Source of the DNA: Nymphaea colorata
Taxonomy: Eukaryota
Direction: 5' to 3'
Assembly: GCF_008831285.2 (NCBI RefSeq)
Contig: NC_045138.2
Location: forward strand, 5,022,001-5,086,000
DNA: 64,000 nucleotides
In this document: piece after piece, positions 1 through 11,857 of the stretch
How the letters are laid out: each line of letters starts with the position of its first letter
How positions within the stretch are numbered: position 1 is the first letter of the stretch
Made by a program: the position numbers and the translations under genes
The notes under the pieces: model-generated
Told to the model about the DNA's origin: nothing
Databases searched by the model: none
What the model saw: only the letters and a program-made list of their open reading frames with translations

Positions 1-165
1 ATACAGTTCTTTATTCTTAGACACTTTTAGTCTCATTCATAAGCTTTAGCATTTGAGAAAAATGTCAGCCATTCCTGTGCAGATGTTGGATAACTTTAAA
101 AGAACTTAACCTCCTAGTTGCATAGTGGTTGCTTTATGTGCTGATTTTGATTGCTCATGAAGCAG

Positions 166-3100
166 AATCCTCTTCATTGGATGGTGTAGTGGGAACACCT
201 GGCGGAGTTCCTGCCCAGAACATTGCACAAACTTTTTCCTTTTCCTCTGGACAGCATTCTGGTGATACAAGAGTTGAAATGCAAACAGAAAACAGTGGTG
301 AATCAAGACTGAAACGTGGGCCTTTTGAGATAAGTAAGAAGCTCAGCAAGTCAGTGGAGCCAGGTGTAAATCCAGACCTGGAAAACAGGTCACTGGCTGC
401 AAACAGGAACACGAAGCATGTGATCAAATCCAAGCATGAACCACACCCAAATAGTAAAGATCTGCGAGCAAATGGTGTTTTTGGAGGGAGACTATTTTGT
501 TTTTCCAGGTCATATCCTGAAGACCAGGTGGGCTGGTTGACTCTTTTCTGCACCATCATCTCATGCTTCCTTGTATGCTTGTTTCTTAGTAGATTTCTTT
601 GAGCTTAACTTGTCCTTGAAATATGGATGTTTTATGAAGTTATGAACAACGCTTGGAGATTTGCTAATAGCAATTGGAGGCTAGATACACATTACTAATA
701 ATAGATACATGATTTTGTGATTTCTCTTTGCTTGTGTTCTTGCTTATGGATAATGGCTCCTTGTATGTTGCTAGCTCATTTTCTGAGTTCAATGGTCTTA
801 TGAGCCCAACCATGAACTTGGGTTTACTTACTGTTGGATTCCTGTTTTTGTTGGTTAAGAGAGCTGAAGTTATTGAATGGGTGACACAAAGTGGAGGACT
901 GATGGTAGAAGGTCCAGGCGAGAATGTTGATTTCATCATAGCATGTCATGGTCAGTCCAGGAAAGACTCTGATGTTTATCAATCAACTCTTGTTTCAAGC
1001 CACTGGATCAAGTTCTGTTTTGAGGTATACCTGTGCACTTTCAACTCTAGCAAATCACGACATTACTTCATAGATGCCATAGGAGATTTGAATCTTGTCT
1101 CTTACTTGTCAAGCCTTGTAAGTATTTCACAATTTTGCATGTGATAGCAATTGGTTTTGCACATAATCCGACTTCTGCGTTTAAGCAATTTGCTGATAAG
1201 ATACTCTTAGAGAGATTATGTCTTCTTTCCTATTTGTAAGGTTTCTTCACAGTTTGAGACTTGGACATAATTGGACTCTCTTAATTATTTAGAAATTCTA
1301 GATTATCTACATTTCTGCTTGTCAGTACTTCAGATCAAAACTTATTTATAGTTGCTTTCTATTGTATGGATATTGTTTGTATGAAACTAGTCTTTTAGAG
1401 CTGTACTTCATATTATCTGTTTTGCCTAAGCCCCTGAGAGTTTTATATTCCTTGTTTGCAAGATAGTGCTGCAAAAGGAAATCATAGCAAAACTATAAAT
1501 GTATGTAATCAATGATGTGACATAGTAACTATTTTTTGTATCTTAACACTGATTTAAAGAAATGTGAGCTTGGAATATTATGTCTGTGAAAATGAGGATA
1601 GCCATGCTTGCTAGAGAAGGGAATTCTTTCTTCTGAACGGAATGAGCTTGTTGGCAAGTTTAATTTTGTTTGACTTACAGTTTATGTTCTTGTGGGCAAT
1701 CCTGTCCATGTTTGTTAACGTGCTTCTTTTTTTCCCTCACTGCAGTATGCATAATGGAAACCAGAAGTGAATGTGTGTTTTATTGATCCAGTTGTCTTTG
1801 GAATGCTAGAGTCATCAAAGCAAAACCTGTCCAGCTATTTTATGTAAATACTTCGTAAGATGGAGCTGGTTTCTGCCTAGGCCTGCCCCACGTGTTTGAC
1901 TACTATGTCGGACATTTAAGCAAATACATATCTCTATACTTCAACTTGCTTATATCCTTTACATTTGTATTGAATTTTTTGTGTCATATTTGTTGGCTTT
2001 CCTAGAGTTTTTAAGACAGGGTAATTGAGATTTAGAGGCTAGAGCATTCTTCTTAAGTTAGTTTCTCCATCTGTTATTGTTATGACTGCAAAGGACTATT
2101 TGGTGTTTTAGCAAGGATGTGATACCAATTTTATTACCTGTTTCTTCCCTAATATCAAGGTTCAAAATTTAGTACAAAGGAGTGTGTGGTATTCTCTGTA
2201 CAGGGAATCTTCTTTAAGGTGTCCACGAAAAATTTGATGTTTCTTAGTAGTTGATTGCTGTCATAGGTCATAGTATGGTGGGTTCTTATGTAGCACAGAC
2301 TATTTAAGATTCAGCAGGTCACTGCACCCATGTCGAACCTGCATCACAACCTGATGCAGGCTCAGACACTGCTCAAACTCATCATCAGCTATGCCAAGTT
2401 CAATCACCTGCACTTTATGGATGCCCTAAACATTGTTGAGTTATTCTGTCAGAAGTGACCTTTTGCTAGGCCAGTGGTTCTCGTCTTTTTGTTTGAAGCT
2501 GTTTGTGTTTGGTGTTTTACATTCTAAACAAGGATTGTTGTTTGATCTTGAAGGAGGGAGTTATGCGAGAGGCTGGTAGCCACATTCTTTTTGCACCATT
2601 GGAATGCAGGATTCCCTTACCTGGGTTTGAGTCCTTCTGGTTCTGTGTATCTCAGTATGATAAGAAGGAGAGAATGCTACTAAGAAATTTATGTTATGTT
2701 CTTGGTGCCAAGTTCACGGAAAAACTGACTGCGAAGGTCACTCACCTCATATGCAAATTTACAGATGGACCTAAATATGAAGCAGCCTGCAACTGGGGAA
2801 TAAAGTTAGTTACAGCTGAGTGGATCTCTGAATGTGTTGAACAGGTTTGTTGCTGTACCTTCACGTATTGCTAATTGATGGATTTTATTTTATATTCATC
2901 TAAGTTCGCTCTCAATGCTGCTTCATTCAGGATACAGTGGTATCTACAGACCTATTTCTGCCCAAAGCAGTTACTGCTCAGGACATAGAGGCAGGAATTT
3001 GCACCATGAGTCAATATCCTACACAAGCAGGACAATTGATTTCAGGAGAGGTCTCATCTCAGTGGAGGAAAAATGACCCAGGTTGATAATACTTTTACTA

Positions 3101-4474
3101 TTCAGAACCAGTTTGTTACCTAAGTTTACACTTGAGTCATCCGTATTGCTTTCAGGTATGGTCCGCCGGAAGATTAATGGCCACGGCTTTCCAGGAGGGG
3201 AAGAGCAGTCAAGAGAACTGAATAAAAGAATGAGGGGAACAGAGAGCAGCATCAGTAAGGATGTAGGATTGACTGAAATATTTTTCTGTCAAGAAAATGT
3301 GTCGAAGGTTCTGAAAACTAAGAAAAACCAGGAATTAGGAGAATCTGCACCAGAAAGTGAAGGTATGGTTTCTGATGTAGCAGCTGCTATCGAGGACCTA
3401 TTGGCTCAATCAAGAAAGGTATGTTCATTTTGATAATAATTCTCTTGCAATGAGTTTCAAAAATCTGCCAGTTTCTTTGATTTTTATTTTATTTTATTTT
3501 ATTTTATTTCTTGTAGATGCAAGATACACAGCCTGGAATTGCAGCTGCCAATCAAACTGTATCCTCTTAGAATGCCGGAATCTAGTTTGTGCTATTTTTT
3601 TACTCCATTGGAAATTTCTTGGTCGTCAATTGTGGTCCATGACAATGGTCTACAGCTCTTTTCAGCAGAGCAGTCAATTCTTAGCCAAAACAAGTCGGAT
3701 TCTCGGCCTGCTTATGGAATGTCTGGGCAATGGTTTAACAGGTAGTCTCCTGACTTTTCTGGATACTTTTTGTAAAACCTTTTCAATTATTGCTTTCTTG
3801 TTTAAGTTAATTCTTGGGTATGCTATGATGCTTTTTACTTGGAAATTTTTGGAATCTCGGTTCTAAGTAACGTGCAGTTATTTTATAAAATGTAATCAGA
3901 AAACATCATATAGAACCAAGTAATCTGGTTGGTTTATGTCTAGTTTTGGGTAGGAAACAAGTTAATCTAGTTGAGTTATGGACTTGCCATGTCGCCAACC
4001 TGTTTTAACTTGAACTGGTTAACGTTGTCAAGTCGAGTGAGCATCTGCTAATATGCCCCAAAAATGTGCACATCCATCGCTTATTCAGTCTACCCCTTCA
4101 ATATATATTTGCTCTGCAGGGCAGAAAATCCTGTTGCTCAGCAGAACCCATCAGATCGTGAAGGAAATCAAGGGCATTGTGATGGCTTCACTGAGACCCA
4201 GATGGAATCTCAGGTTCTCAAATCTGAACTTGATTCATTTCTTTTCAACCTGTGCTTTATTCCTAGGGGAATGAACTTATGTGTCACTGGTTTGGTTGAC
4301 AAATGATGACAGCAGGTTGTTGAGTATGAAGAAGATCTAGCAGGAAGGCAGATGATAATAGAAAGAGTGAGGACAAGATCTATGGCTTCATCTTCTGCAC
4401 GGGAAAGGCCTTCAGGTGAACAGATAGATGACAATCTTGGACGTCTTCTTCGAGTTGCTAATGAGAACAAATAG
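166..4474 (+). CDS. TOPBP1: BRCT-repeat DNA topoisomerase II-binding protein 1-like (plant TOPBP1/MEI1), 5'-partial. Exons approx. 166-527, 860-1024, 2554-2844, 2931-3081, 3156-3418, 3517-3558, 3656-3741, 4120-4213, 4316-4474
   Basis: The spliced frame gives two BRCT-like units (FGGRLFCFSRSYPEDQ|RAEVIEWVTQSGG...VSSHWIKFCFE and PLPGFESFWFCVSQYDKKERMLLRNLCYVLGAKFTEKLTAKVTHLICKFTDGPKYEAACNWGIKLVTAEWISECV). It also gives DVAAAIEDLL and the C-terminal FTETQMESQVVEYEEDLAGRQMIIERVRTRS typical of plant TOPBP1/MEI1. GT-AG borders keep the frame to TAG 4472-4474. The first exon acceptor is tentative. Confidence 0.88.
3559..3655 (+). other. Putative U12-type (minor spliceosome) GT-AG intron
   Basis: Donor GTATCCTCTT (U12 consensus RTATCCTTT). 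Branch-like TCCATGAC at 3636-3643, 13 nt before the AG, with no polypyrimidine tract. Removing it preserves the TOPBP1 frame. Confidence 0.7.
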
Positions 4475-5544
4475 TTTATTGTTTCAATCTTATGTGGACT
4501 GTGTAGGTGTGTACATAATCGAATTGGAGCTAACTAATTTGAATTTGTTTCCACCATCTGGGTCTCCTACATGATCCTCGGATTGGGATGGTTAGCTTTC
4601 TGTAAATTACAATTTTGGCATGCAGTTACTGAAACAGTTTGAGAAACAAGCGAAGCTTGTTACATCTGTAAGACGCACTAGATCTATGTATAGTTTCCAT
4701 TTGTAATTACATTTAACAGTGTAACAGTACATTTGAGATGGTCTGGATGCTCTTTAGTGCAGCTGTCTGTTTGCTGTTTTATTCGCTGGGATGATTGGTG
4801 AGTATGTTGCTTCCATCAGTAATGGTTGAATATGTGGACCATCCATTTTATCTTCCTTTCTTTTCTTGGACTGGCAGCTAGTGTAACCCCTGTAAGTCTA
4901 AGAGGGTGCATTTAACTCTTTCACCCCCAGCTTTTCCTGAAAGTGTTATACAGTTTACGATTTTCTTCAGGATATCAATGTGAAAATCTTGAAGTCATTC
5001 GAACTTTGAGGTAAAAAGTACGTGGTAGGTGGATTTGGTATTCGAGTGAGATCAAAATATGGTTTGTCTAGAGGAAGATGTGGAAGTTTCCCTTAGCTTT
5101 ATGGCTCGGAGAGTAACGCCAACGACTGCACGAATGATAGCCGCGAAGATTTACCCATTATGGCGACTCCTTTCTGTCTGAACACAATACTTTAGCAGTT
5201 GCAATAGTTGGGGCAGCTTCTGACCATTGTCCTGGTGAGCGAGAAGTATTTCATCTCATCTGGAATAAGAGCTGAAGCTTCCTCGCGTCTTGGGTGGTTG
5301 TGTTGGTGTTTGGTGTTAATCTAATGTACCATCAATTGGTACTGTACTTCCATCCGATTGTCTAAGACATAGTGCTGATGGTATCAAACTAATGATGGGG
5401 ACTATCTCCACACCAAACTAACCAACTATGCTATGCCTTTCGTGGTTAATCTTTGACCATTTTCACAAGTGATAGATTGTCATGGCATTGTTGATTGCGT
5501 AAGCCATCGGTAGAGCGGTGGATGCTCATCAATTGGATCGAGGG

Positions 5545-5784
5545 TGTTGACGGGTTTTGTTGTCCGGGTCCGGATCTTTACCCGATCCGGTTTGTCCTAA
5601 TTATGACTACTTATATCTCTGTAAACCCTAATCTTAGTGTTAATGAAGTTTTGAAGAGAGAGTGTGTCTGGAGGCTAGTGGGCACCAGACCTCTTCACCC
5701 GTGGTTTTTCTTCCCTCGTGTTGAGGGTTTTCCACGTTACATTTGTGTGTTTTTTTCTACTCTCGTGCATATTTTGTTTCTTCA
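5545..5784 (+). repeat. 5' LTR (240 bp)
   Basis: TGTTGACGGG...TTTCTTCA, a direct repeat of 10581-10818 with about 12 substitutions and 3 small indels by manual alignment. Confidence 0.96.
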
Positions 5785-5797
5785 TGGTATCAGAGCC
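5785..5797 (+). promoter_or_regulatory. Primer binding site (initiator tRNA-Met)
   Basis: TGGTATCAGAGCC immediately after the 5' LTR. Confidence 0.95.
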
Positions 5798-6245
5798 ATC
5801 GGACTTGGAGAAAACAAAATCGGTTTTTCTAGGGTTGTGAAGTTCCAACCCTGCCTGCCGCCGCTACCATCGTCGCCGTCGCTACCACCACCGCCGCCGT
5901 TGTCGCCGCGCCGTGACATTGCCTCCACCACTGCCGCCACTGCCCCACCGTGGCCGTGACCGCCGCTGTTGCGTCGCCGGTGTAGTGACCGCCGATGTCC
6001 GATGCCAACGTCTCTGCTAATGCCTCTGCCGACGCCGACTCCGCCGTCGATGCCGACGTCCGACCACCGACGCTGACGTCCGACGCCATTGCCTGTTCTC
6101 GGCGCGCGCTGCCAAGCTCCGCCCTCTGCTTCCGCCGAGCGCAGTCCGCTGCTTCCGCCGTTGATTCCCGACTGCATCATTTCCCCTCTTCTCTAGGTTA
6201 CTGCTGCTGTGTGTGTTCTTTGGCAGCCACTTCTAACTGGTGATC

Positions 6246-9200
6246 ATGGCTGATTCGTCTTCTTCTTCAGTCAATACTAATCTACCTGATGTTGTGTCTG
6301 CGCGGACTGATCATGTACTGGTTCAAGTTACCACCATTCAACTTACCAAGGAGAACTATTCACGATGGTCTGCTGCGATTACTATGGAGATTGTTGGGCG
6401 AGGACGCATTGTCTATGTGAATGGGAGAAAGGTTGAACCTGCTCCAGATAGTCTGGCTTGGGATACATGGTTTCTTGAAGACAACCAGGTAAAAACCTGA
6501 ATTGTTAATTCAGTGTCCCCGGATATCCAACCCCTCATTCTTCGTAAGAAGACTGCAAGGGATATGTGGATTATTTTGGAGCAAATGTATGGTCAAAAGA
6601 AAAGGAAAGTTCGTGTGTATCAACTTATGAAGGATGTGTATTCCCTGCGACAAGGTGCTCTCTCGGTTGCAGATTTTTATGCAACATTAAAATCTAAGTG
6701 GGAGGACCTTGACTATCATTCTGATATTACATGGAGGTGTCCTCACGACCAGATGCAGTATATGACTGATAAATGGGAGAACAGAGTATTCCTTTTTTAT
6801 CCAGACTGAATGATGACTTTGAAAATATAAGGAGTCAGATTCTTAACTCTGATGAATCATTTAGTATTGAAGATGTCTATTCCCGAGTTGAAGTTGAAGA
6901 ACAGAGAAGGCTGCTTTCTAGTTGACAAAAGGGGGAAGAACAGTCTGTCTATGTTAGCGTGCCCTTGTGGGAACTCATCGTTCTCCCCAAAAATGTACAC
7001 ATTGCAAAAAACTTGGTCATACTAGGGATTTTTGTTGGGACCTGCATCCAGAGAAGAAGGATAGTAGAGGGAGGTCTTCTAGTGGGAAAAGTCTGTATCG
7101 TCTGCAACAAGTCTGAGTGATGGGAAAGGTTCTATTTCTGCAGACCAGATTCGTGAGCTACGAACATATTTGAGCAAGATTGATGTTGGTCAGGCAGATA
7201 CACCAAATGAGGTGAAGATCAATCAGGCATTGGCTGTTTCAGGGGCAGAAGGTACTTCTTATATGGGTGAAAGGATTGTTGATAGCGGTGCCACTCATCA
7301 CATGACTGGCAACCCCAAGCTTTTCCATGACTACAAGCTATCCTCGGGAAAGGAACATGTGTCCCTTGCCGATGGTTCCTTTACTTCTGTGGCAGGGAAA
7401 TGGAGTCTTTCCTTGTTAAATAATTTTTTAGTTCACGATGCCTTACATGTTCCCCATCTTCCCTTAAATTTGTTATCTGTTAGTAAGATTACCAAGGAAC
7501 TGAAGTGTGAACTTATATTTTCTGAAAAACGTTGTGTTTTGCAGGACTTGGTGACAGGGAAGAGGATTGGTTGGTGTCTGATGGGCTGTATCGGCTTCCT
7601 ATACGCGTTGTCAGAGCTCTTATGTCAGCAGTCAGCAGGACAGAGAAAAAGGAGGAAGAGTGTCGTCAGTTATTTTTGTTTTGGCATGAACGCCTTGGTC
7701 ATCTCCCATTTGGGATTTTGAAACATTTGTTCCCTGAACTATGTTCTAGTTTAAACTTTTCCATGTTATTATGTGATGTGTGTCAGTTTGCGAAGCATGT
7801 TAGAGCTTCTTATCCAATTTCAAATAGTCGTTCTAATAAAGTTTTCTCCTTAGTTCATTCTGATGTGTGGGGGCCTTCGGGCATTCATTCTCGTGGTGGT
7901 TTTCAATACTTTATAACTTTTATGGATGATTATTCAAGGTGTACCTTTGTGTATTTGTTGAAAGATAGTAGTGAGGTGCCTCACATTATTGAAACTTTCA
8001 TCCTCCTAGTGGAAAACCAGTATGGAAATTCTGTCAAGACTTTTCGGTCTGATAATGCTCGTGAATATATGTGTCTCATTGTTGAAGAATTCTTTCGAAA
8101 GAGGGGGATTGTTCATGAGACATCATGTAGTTATACCCCCCCTCAAAATGGGGTTGCTGAGAGGAAAAATTGTCAGTTGCTTAATGTCACCCGAGCCATA
8201 TTGTTCCAAAGAAATCTCCCAAAAGACTATTGGGGAGATGCGATCCTTACTAGTGTCTACTTGATTAATCGCATGCCTAGTCGTGTGCTAAAGGGTCGTA
8301 CTCCCTACTCTATGCTTCCAGGGAGTAGTCAACATTTTCACCTTCCTCTTCGAGTCTTTGGATGTGTGTGTTTCATACATAACCACAACCCAAATGTGAA
8401 AAAACTTGATCCCAAATCTATTAAGGGCATCTTTCTTGGGTATTCTTCCACTCAAAAAGGTTATAAATGTCTAGATCCTACCACTGGTCGTCTTCACATT
8501 ACCAAAGATGTCACATTCTTGAAACATGTCTCCTATTTTGGTGAGAATTCTCTTCAGGAGGAGAAGTTAATGTCTAAGAAAGAGTATTCTCCCACACAGG
8601 TAATTCAGTTTACAGACTATGGATTACAGGCGTGAAGAGAATCCTGTTGCCAAGGTACTTGGCAAAGATGAAGAGGGGACGACTACTGATGTTCATGAAC
8701 ATGAGAAGGAGGGAGAGCCTCCTATGGTGACAGAACAAGAGGGTAATCGTATGTTTGGACAGGTGTATTCCAGGAGGAGAGCTTGTACTGACAAAGTGAT
8801 TAATGATGATGAGGTTACACTGAATCTCAATCATACTTCTTCCTTGGATGATCCAAGTCATGTTCAGAAGCAAGATGTTGGAAGAGAAATTCAGACTGGA
8901 AAAGAAAAGGAAGATCTTGCCATTGCCTTGAGAAAGAGTGTCAGGTGATGTACCCAGCACCCTATTGGTAACTTCATATCTTACTCTAGATTGAGCACTG
9001 AATATAAATGTTTTGTATCCTCCTTGGCTGTGGTTGTGATTCCCAGGAATGCTACAGAGGCTCAGGGTGACACTAAGTGGTCTCATGCAATGAAAGAAGA
9101 GATGGAAGCTTTAGACAGAAATCAGACATGGGAGGTGGTTGATATTCCTGAAACAGCTCACTTGGTTGGGTCGAAGTGGGTCTACACTGTTAAGTACAAA

Positions 9201-10586
9201 CCAGATGGGAACATTGAGAGGTACGAAGCACGATTGGTGGCCAAGGGGTTCAGTTAGAAATATGGGATAGACTACTTAGAGACGTTTGCTCCAGTTGCAA
9301 AGATGAAGACTGTTAGAGTTATTATTTCATTGGCGGTGCTGAAGGGTTTGGAGATGTGCCAATTTGATGTGAAAAATGTCTTTCTCAATGAAGATCTCAA
9401 AGAGGAGGTGTACATGTGCATGCCACCAGGTTTTGAGAAACCTGAAAAATGCTGTAAATTAAAGAAAGCTTTGTATGGGCTGAAACAGTCTCCCCGAGCA
9501 TGGTTTGAACGGCTCGGACTTGTTATGAAGAAACATGGCTACAAACAAGGAAATGGAGATCATATCCTGTTTGTAAAGAGAAGAGAGAGTAAAGTTACTC
9601 TACTATTGGTTTATGTTGATGATATGATTGTTACAGGTGATGATAAGGAAGAGATGGCAAGATTAATGGGTTTACTATCTACTGAATTTGATCTAAAAGA
9701 TCTTGGTAAGCTTAAATATTTCCTTGGTATTTAAATTGCTAGATCAAGTACAACTCTTGTACTTAGTCAAAGGAAGTATACCTTGGATCTACTGAAGGAG
9801 ACAGGAAAACTGGGGTACAGACCAGCCTCTACTCCTATAGATGCTGGGCATAAACTTGGTAGCAAAGATGAAGAACTATTGTGTGAAGAAGTTAAATGGA
9901 GATATCAACGTCTAGTTGGCAAACTGATTTATCTCACTCTGACTAGACATGATATCACATTTGCTGTAAATGTGATGAGTCAGTTCATGCATGCACCTAC
10001 AGATATGCACTTGAAGGCTGTAGATAGAATTCTGTGCTACTTGAAGAAGATTCCCGGGAAGGGACTTCTATATGTGCAACAAAGATCTATTGAAGTTGAA
10101 GGGTATTCTGATGCAGACTGGGCAGACTGTGTTGACACCAGAAGATCTACTTCAGGGTACTGCGTCTACTTGAGAGAAAATTTAGTTGTTTGGAGAAGCA
10201 ATAGACAAGATGTGTGTTCCCGCTCGAGTGCATAGGTTGAATATAGAGCTGTGGCTACTGGGGTATCAGAATTGTTATGGATGAAGATCTTACTAACAGA
10301 TATTGGAATAGAGATTGAAGGGCTTATAAAGATGTATTGTGATAATAAGTCTGTAATTAACTTGGCTAACAACCCGGTTCTTCATGATCGAACAAAGCAT
10401 GTGGAGATTGACCGTCACTTCATCAGAGAAAGAATTGATGCTAAGGAATTAACGCTACCATACATGACGTCTGAAGACCAAACTGCTGATATCCTAACCA
10501 AGGCCTTAAGTGTAACTCCATTTGAGAGAAATGTATCCAAGTTGGGCATGTTTGATATGTATGCCCAACTTGAGGGGGAGTGTTGA
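6246..10586 (+). pseudogene. Disrupted copia gag-pol polyprotein
   Basis: Gag (LTKENYSRWS...), zinc knuckle CTHCKKLGHTRDFC (~6994-7035), protease IVDSGATHHM, integrase HERLGH/CDVC/HSDVWGP/RSDNARE/QNGVAERKN, RT YVDDM, RNase H SDADWA and MYCDNKS. Broken by several in-frame stops (e.g. 6498, 9255, 9732, 10233) and frameshifts. The terminal TGA lies inside the 3' LTR. Confidence 0.95.
10572..10580 (+). promoter_or_regulatory. Polypurine tract
   Basis: GAGGGGGAG directly before the 3' LTR. Confidence 0.9.
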
Positions 10587-10818
10587 CGGGTTTTATTGTC
10601 TGGGTCCGAATCCTTACCCGATCCGGTTTGCTTAATTAGGACTACTTATATCTCTGTAAACCCTAATCTTAGTGTTAATGAAGTTTTGAAGAGAGAGAGA
10701 GTGTCTGGAGGCTAGTGGGCACCAGACCTCACCCGTGGTTTTTCTTTCCTCGTGTTGAGGGTTTTTCACGTTATATTTGTGTGCTTTCTTCTACTCTCGT
10801 GCATATTTTGTTTCTTCA
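10581..10818 (+). repeat. 3' LTR
   Basis: Direct repeat of 5545-5784. Confidence 0.96.
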
Positions 10819-11365
10819 AGAGGGGAAAATGAAATAGCAAAAAACAAGCTGTTGTTGTGTTTTAGATAGATGTTTTCATTCTAAGATTTCAGAAAAGCAA
10901 AAGTTGAGATATTAGTGTAAGGAGATTCTCTTCCAAATGGGTGATACTGAGCTATAAGATTGAAACAAGTTAAACTGGCACTTGGTTGGCCCTATTGGCG
11001 CGTGTAGAAAGTTAAGTAAATTTGAAAGTTGGCCCACTTTTTCCAAAAGATATCGTACACATTAATATGCAGTTAATGGACGTTAGTGCAAGTTGCTGCA
11101 GATTCTCCTTGCAATCTTGCATCATATCATATAATATTGGTTGTACGCTGTCACTTGTGCATGGAGATATATAATTTTTTTGCACTGGCGTGCACTATAT
11201 TCTCCAGCCATTTCCACGAAGGAGTTGGTACTATTGTAGTACGGAACTATTTCGTAGAAATTATTTTTCCTTCTCCCACTTTTTTTTAGTGAGCTAAAGG
11301 CTAATCCTACAGCCAGAGTGAAGACGAAAGCACTTTGGTCTCATCCCCTTAGGGTCTAGAGCGGT

Positions 11366-11480
11366 TTTAGTGTCTCGATGAGCATCTCCACTGTGCACTA
11401 TTTGTATATCGATGTTGTTGCTTTAGTGTCTCTATGTAGTGCCCCCACTATGTACTATTTGCATATCGATGTCTTGTCGT
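11366..11480. repeat. Imperfect tandem duplication, ~57 bp x2
   Basis: TTTAGTGTCTC...CCACT(G/A)TG(C/T)ACTATTTG(T/C)ATATCGATGT occurs twice in tandem. Confidence 0.7.
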
Positions 11481-11765
11481 TTGCAGCACAAAAGGTTGAT
11501 GCTATGAGATAGCAAAGCCAAAGCTGATCACCTACTAAACATTGCCTTAGCCGTTGCACCAACCCTTAGGATCTTTTTCCCCTTTTCAAGAAATTTGAAC
11601 CACACTATTGTGAGTGGATTGATTCTTTTGGTACATAATGAGTTCTTAATCATATGCTTCTGACATGCAACTAATATTGTTACGCTCATTTAATATAAAT
11701 AATGTAAATACTAAATCAGGTTGATGAATAAATATAAATGAGGAAATGAGGGGCGTAGTCCATGA

Positions 11766-11857
11766 ATGGTGACTCTAGACTAAACCATGGCTGTTCATCT
11801 AAACGCCCAGGAGATGGACGGTCATGGTTTGATATCTGGTAACTCTAGAGTCACCAT
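11766..11857. repeat. Short inverted repeat / hairpin (MITE-like)
   Basis: ATGGTGACTCTAG...CTAGAGTCACCAT outer stem, with AAACCATGGCTGTTCATCT / AGATGGACGGTCATGGTTT inner stem. Confidence 0.65.

Larger units (their letters stand above)
5545..10818 (+). mobile_element. Full-length, decayed Ty1/copia LTR retrotransposon (~5.27 kb, short LTRs)
   Basis: Paired TG...CA LTRs, Met-tRNA PBS, PPT, and gag-PR-IN-RT-RH domain order. GAGGG flanks both ends (5540-5544 and 10820-10824, with one extra A at 10819). Confidence 0.97.

Noticed and set aside
2338..2360. Perfect 9-bp hairpin CCTGCATCA-CAACC-TGATGCAGG in a TOPBP1 intron
   Set aside because: Short enough to occur by chance or be a TE relic, with no further support.
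5782..6180. Gly-rich minus-strand ORFs in the copia leader
   Set aside because: By-products of CCG repeats in a GC-rich tract, with no domain similarity recognised.
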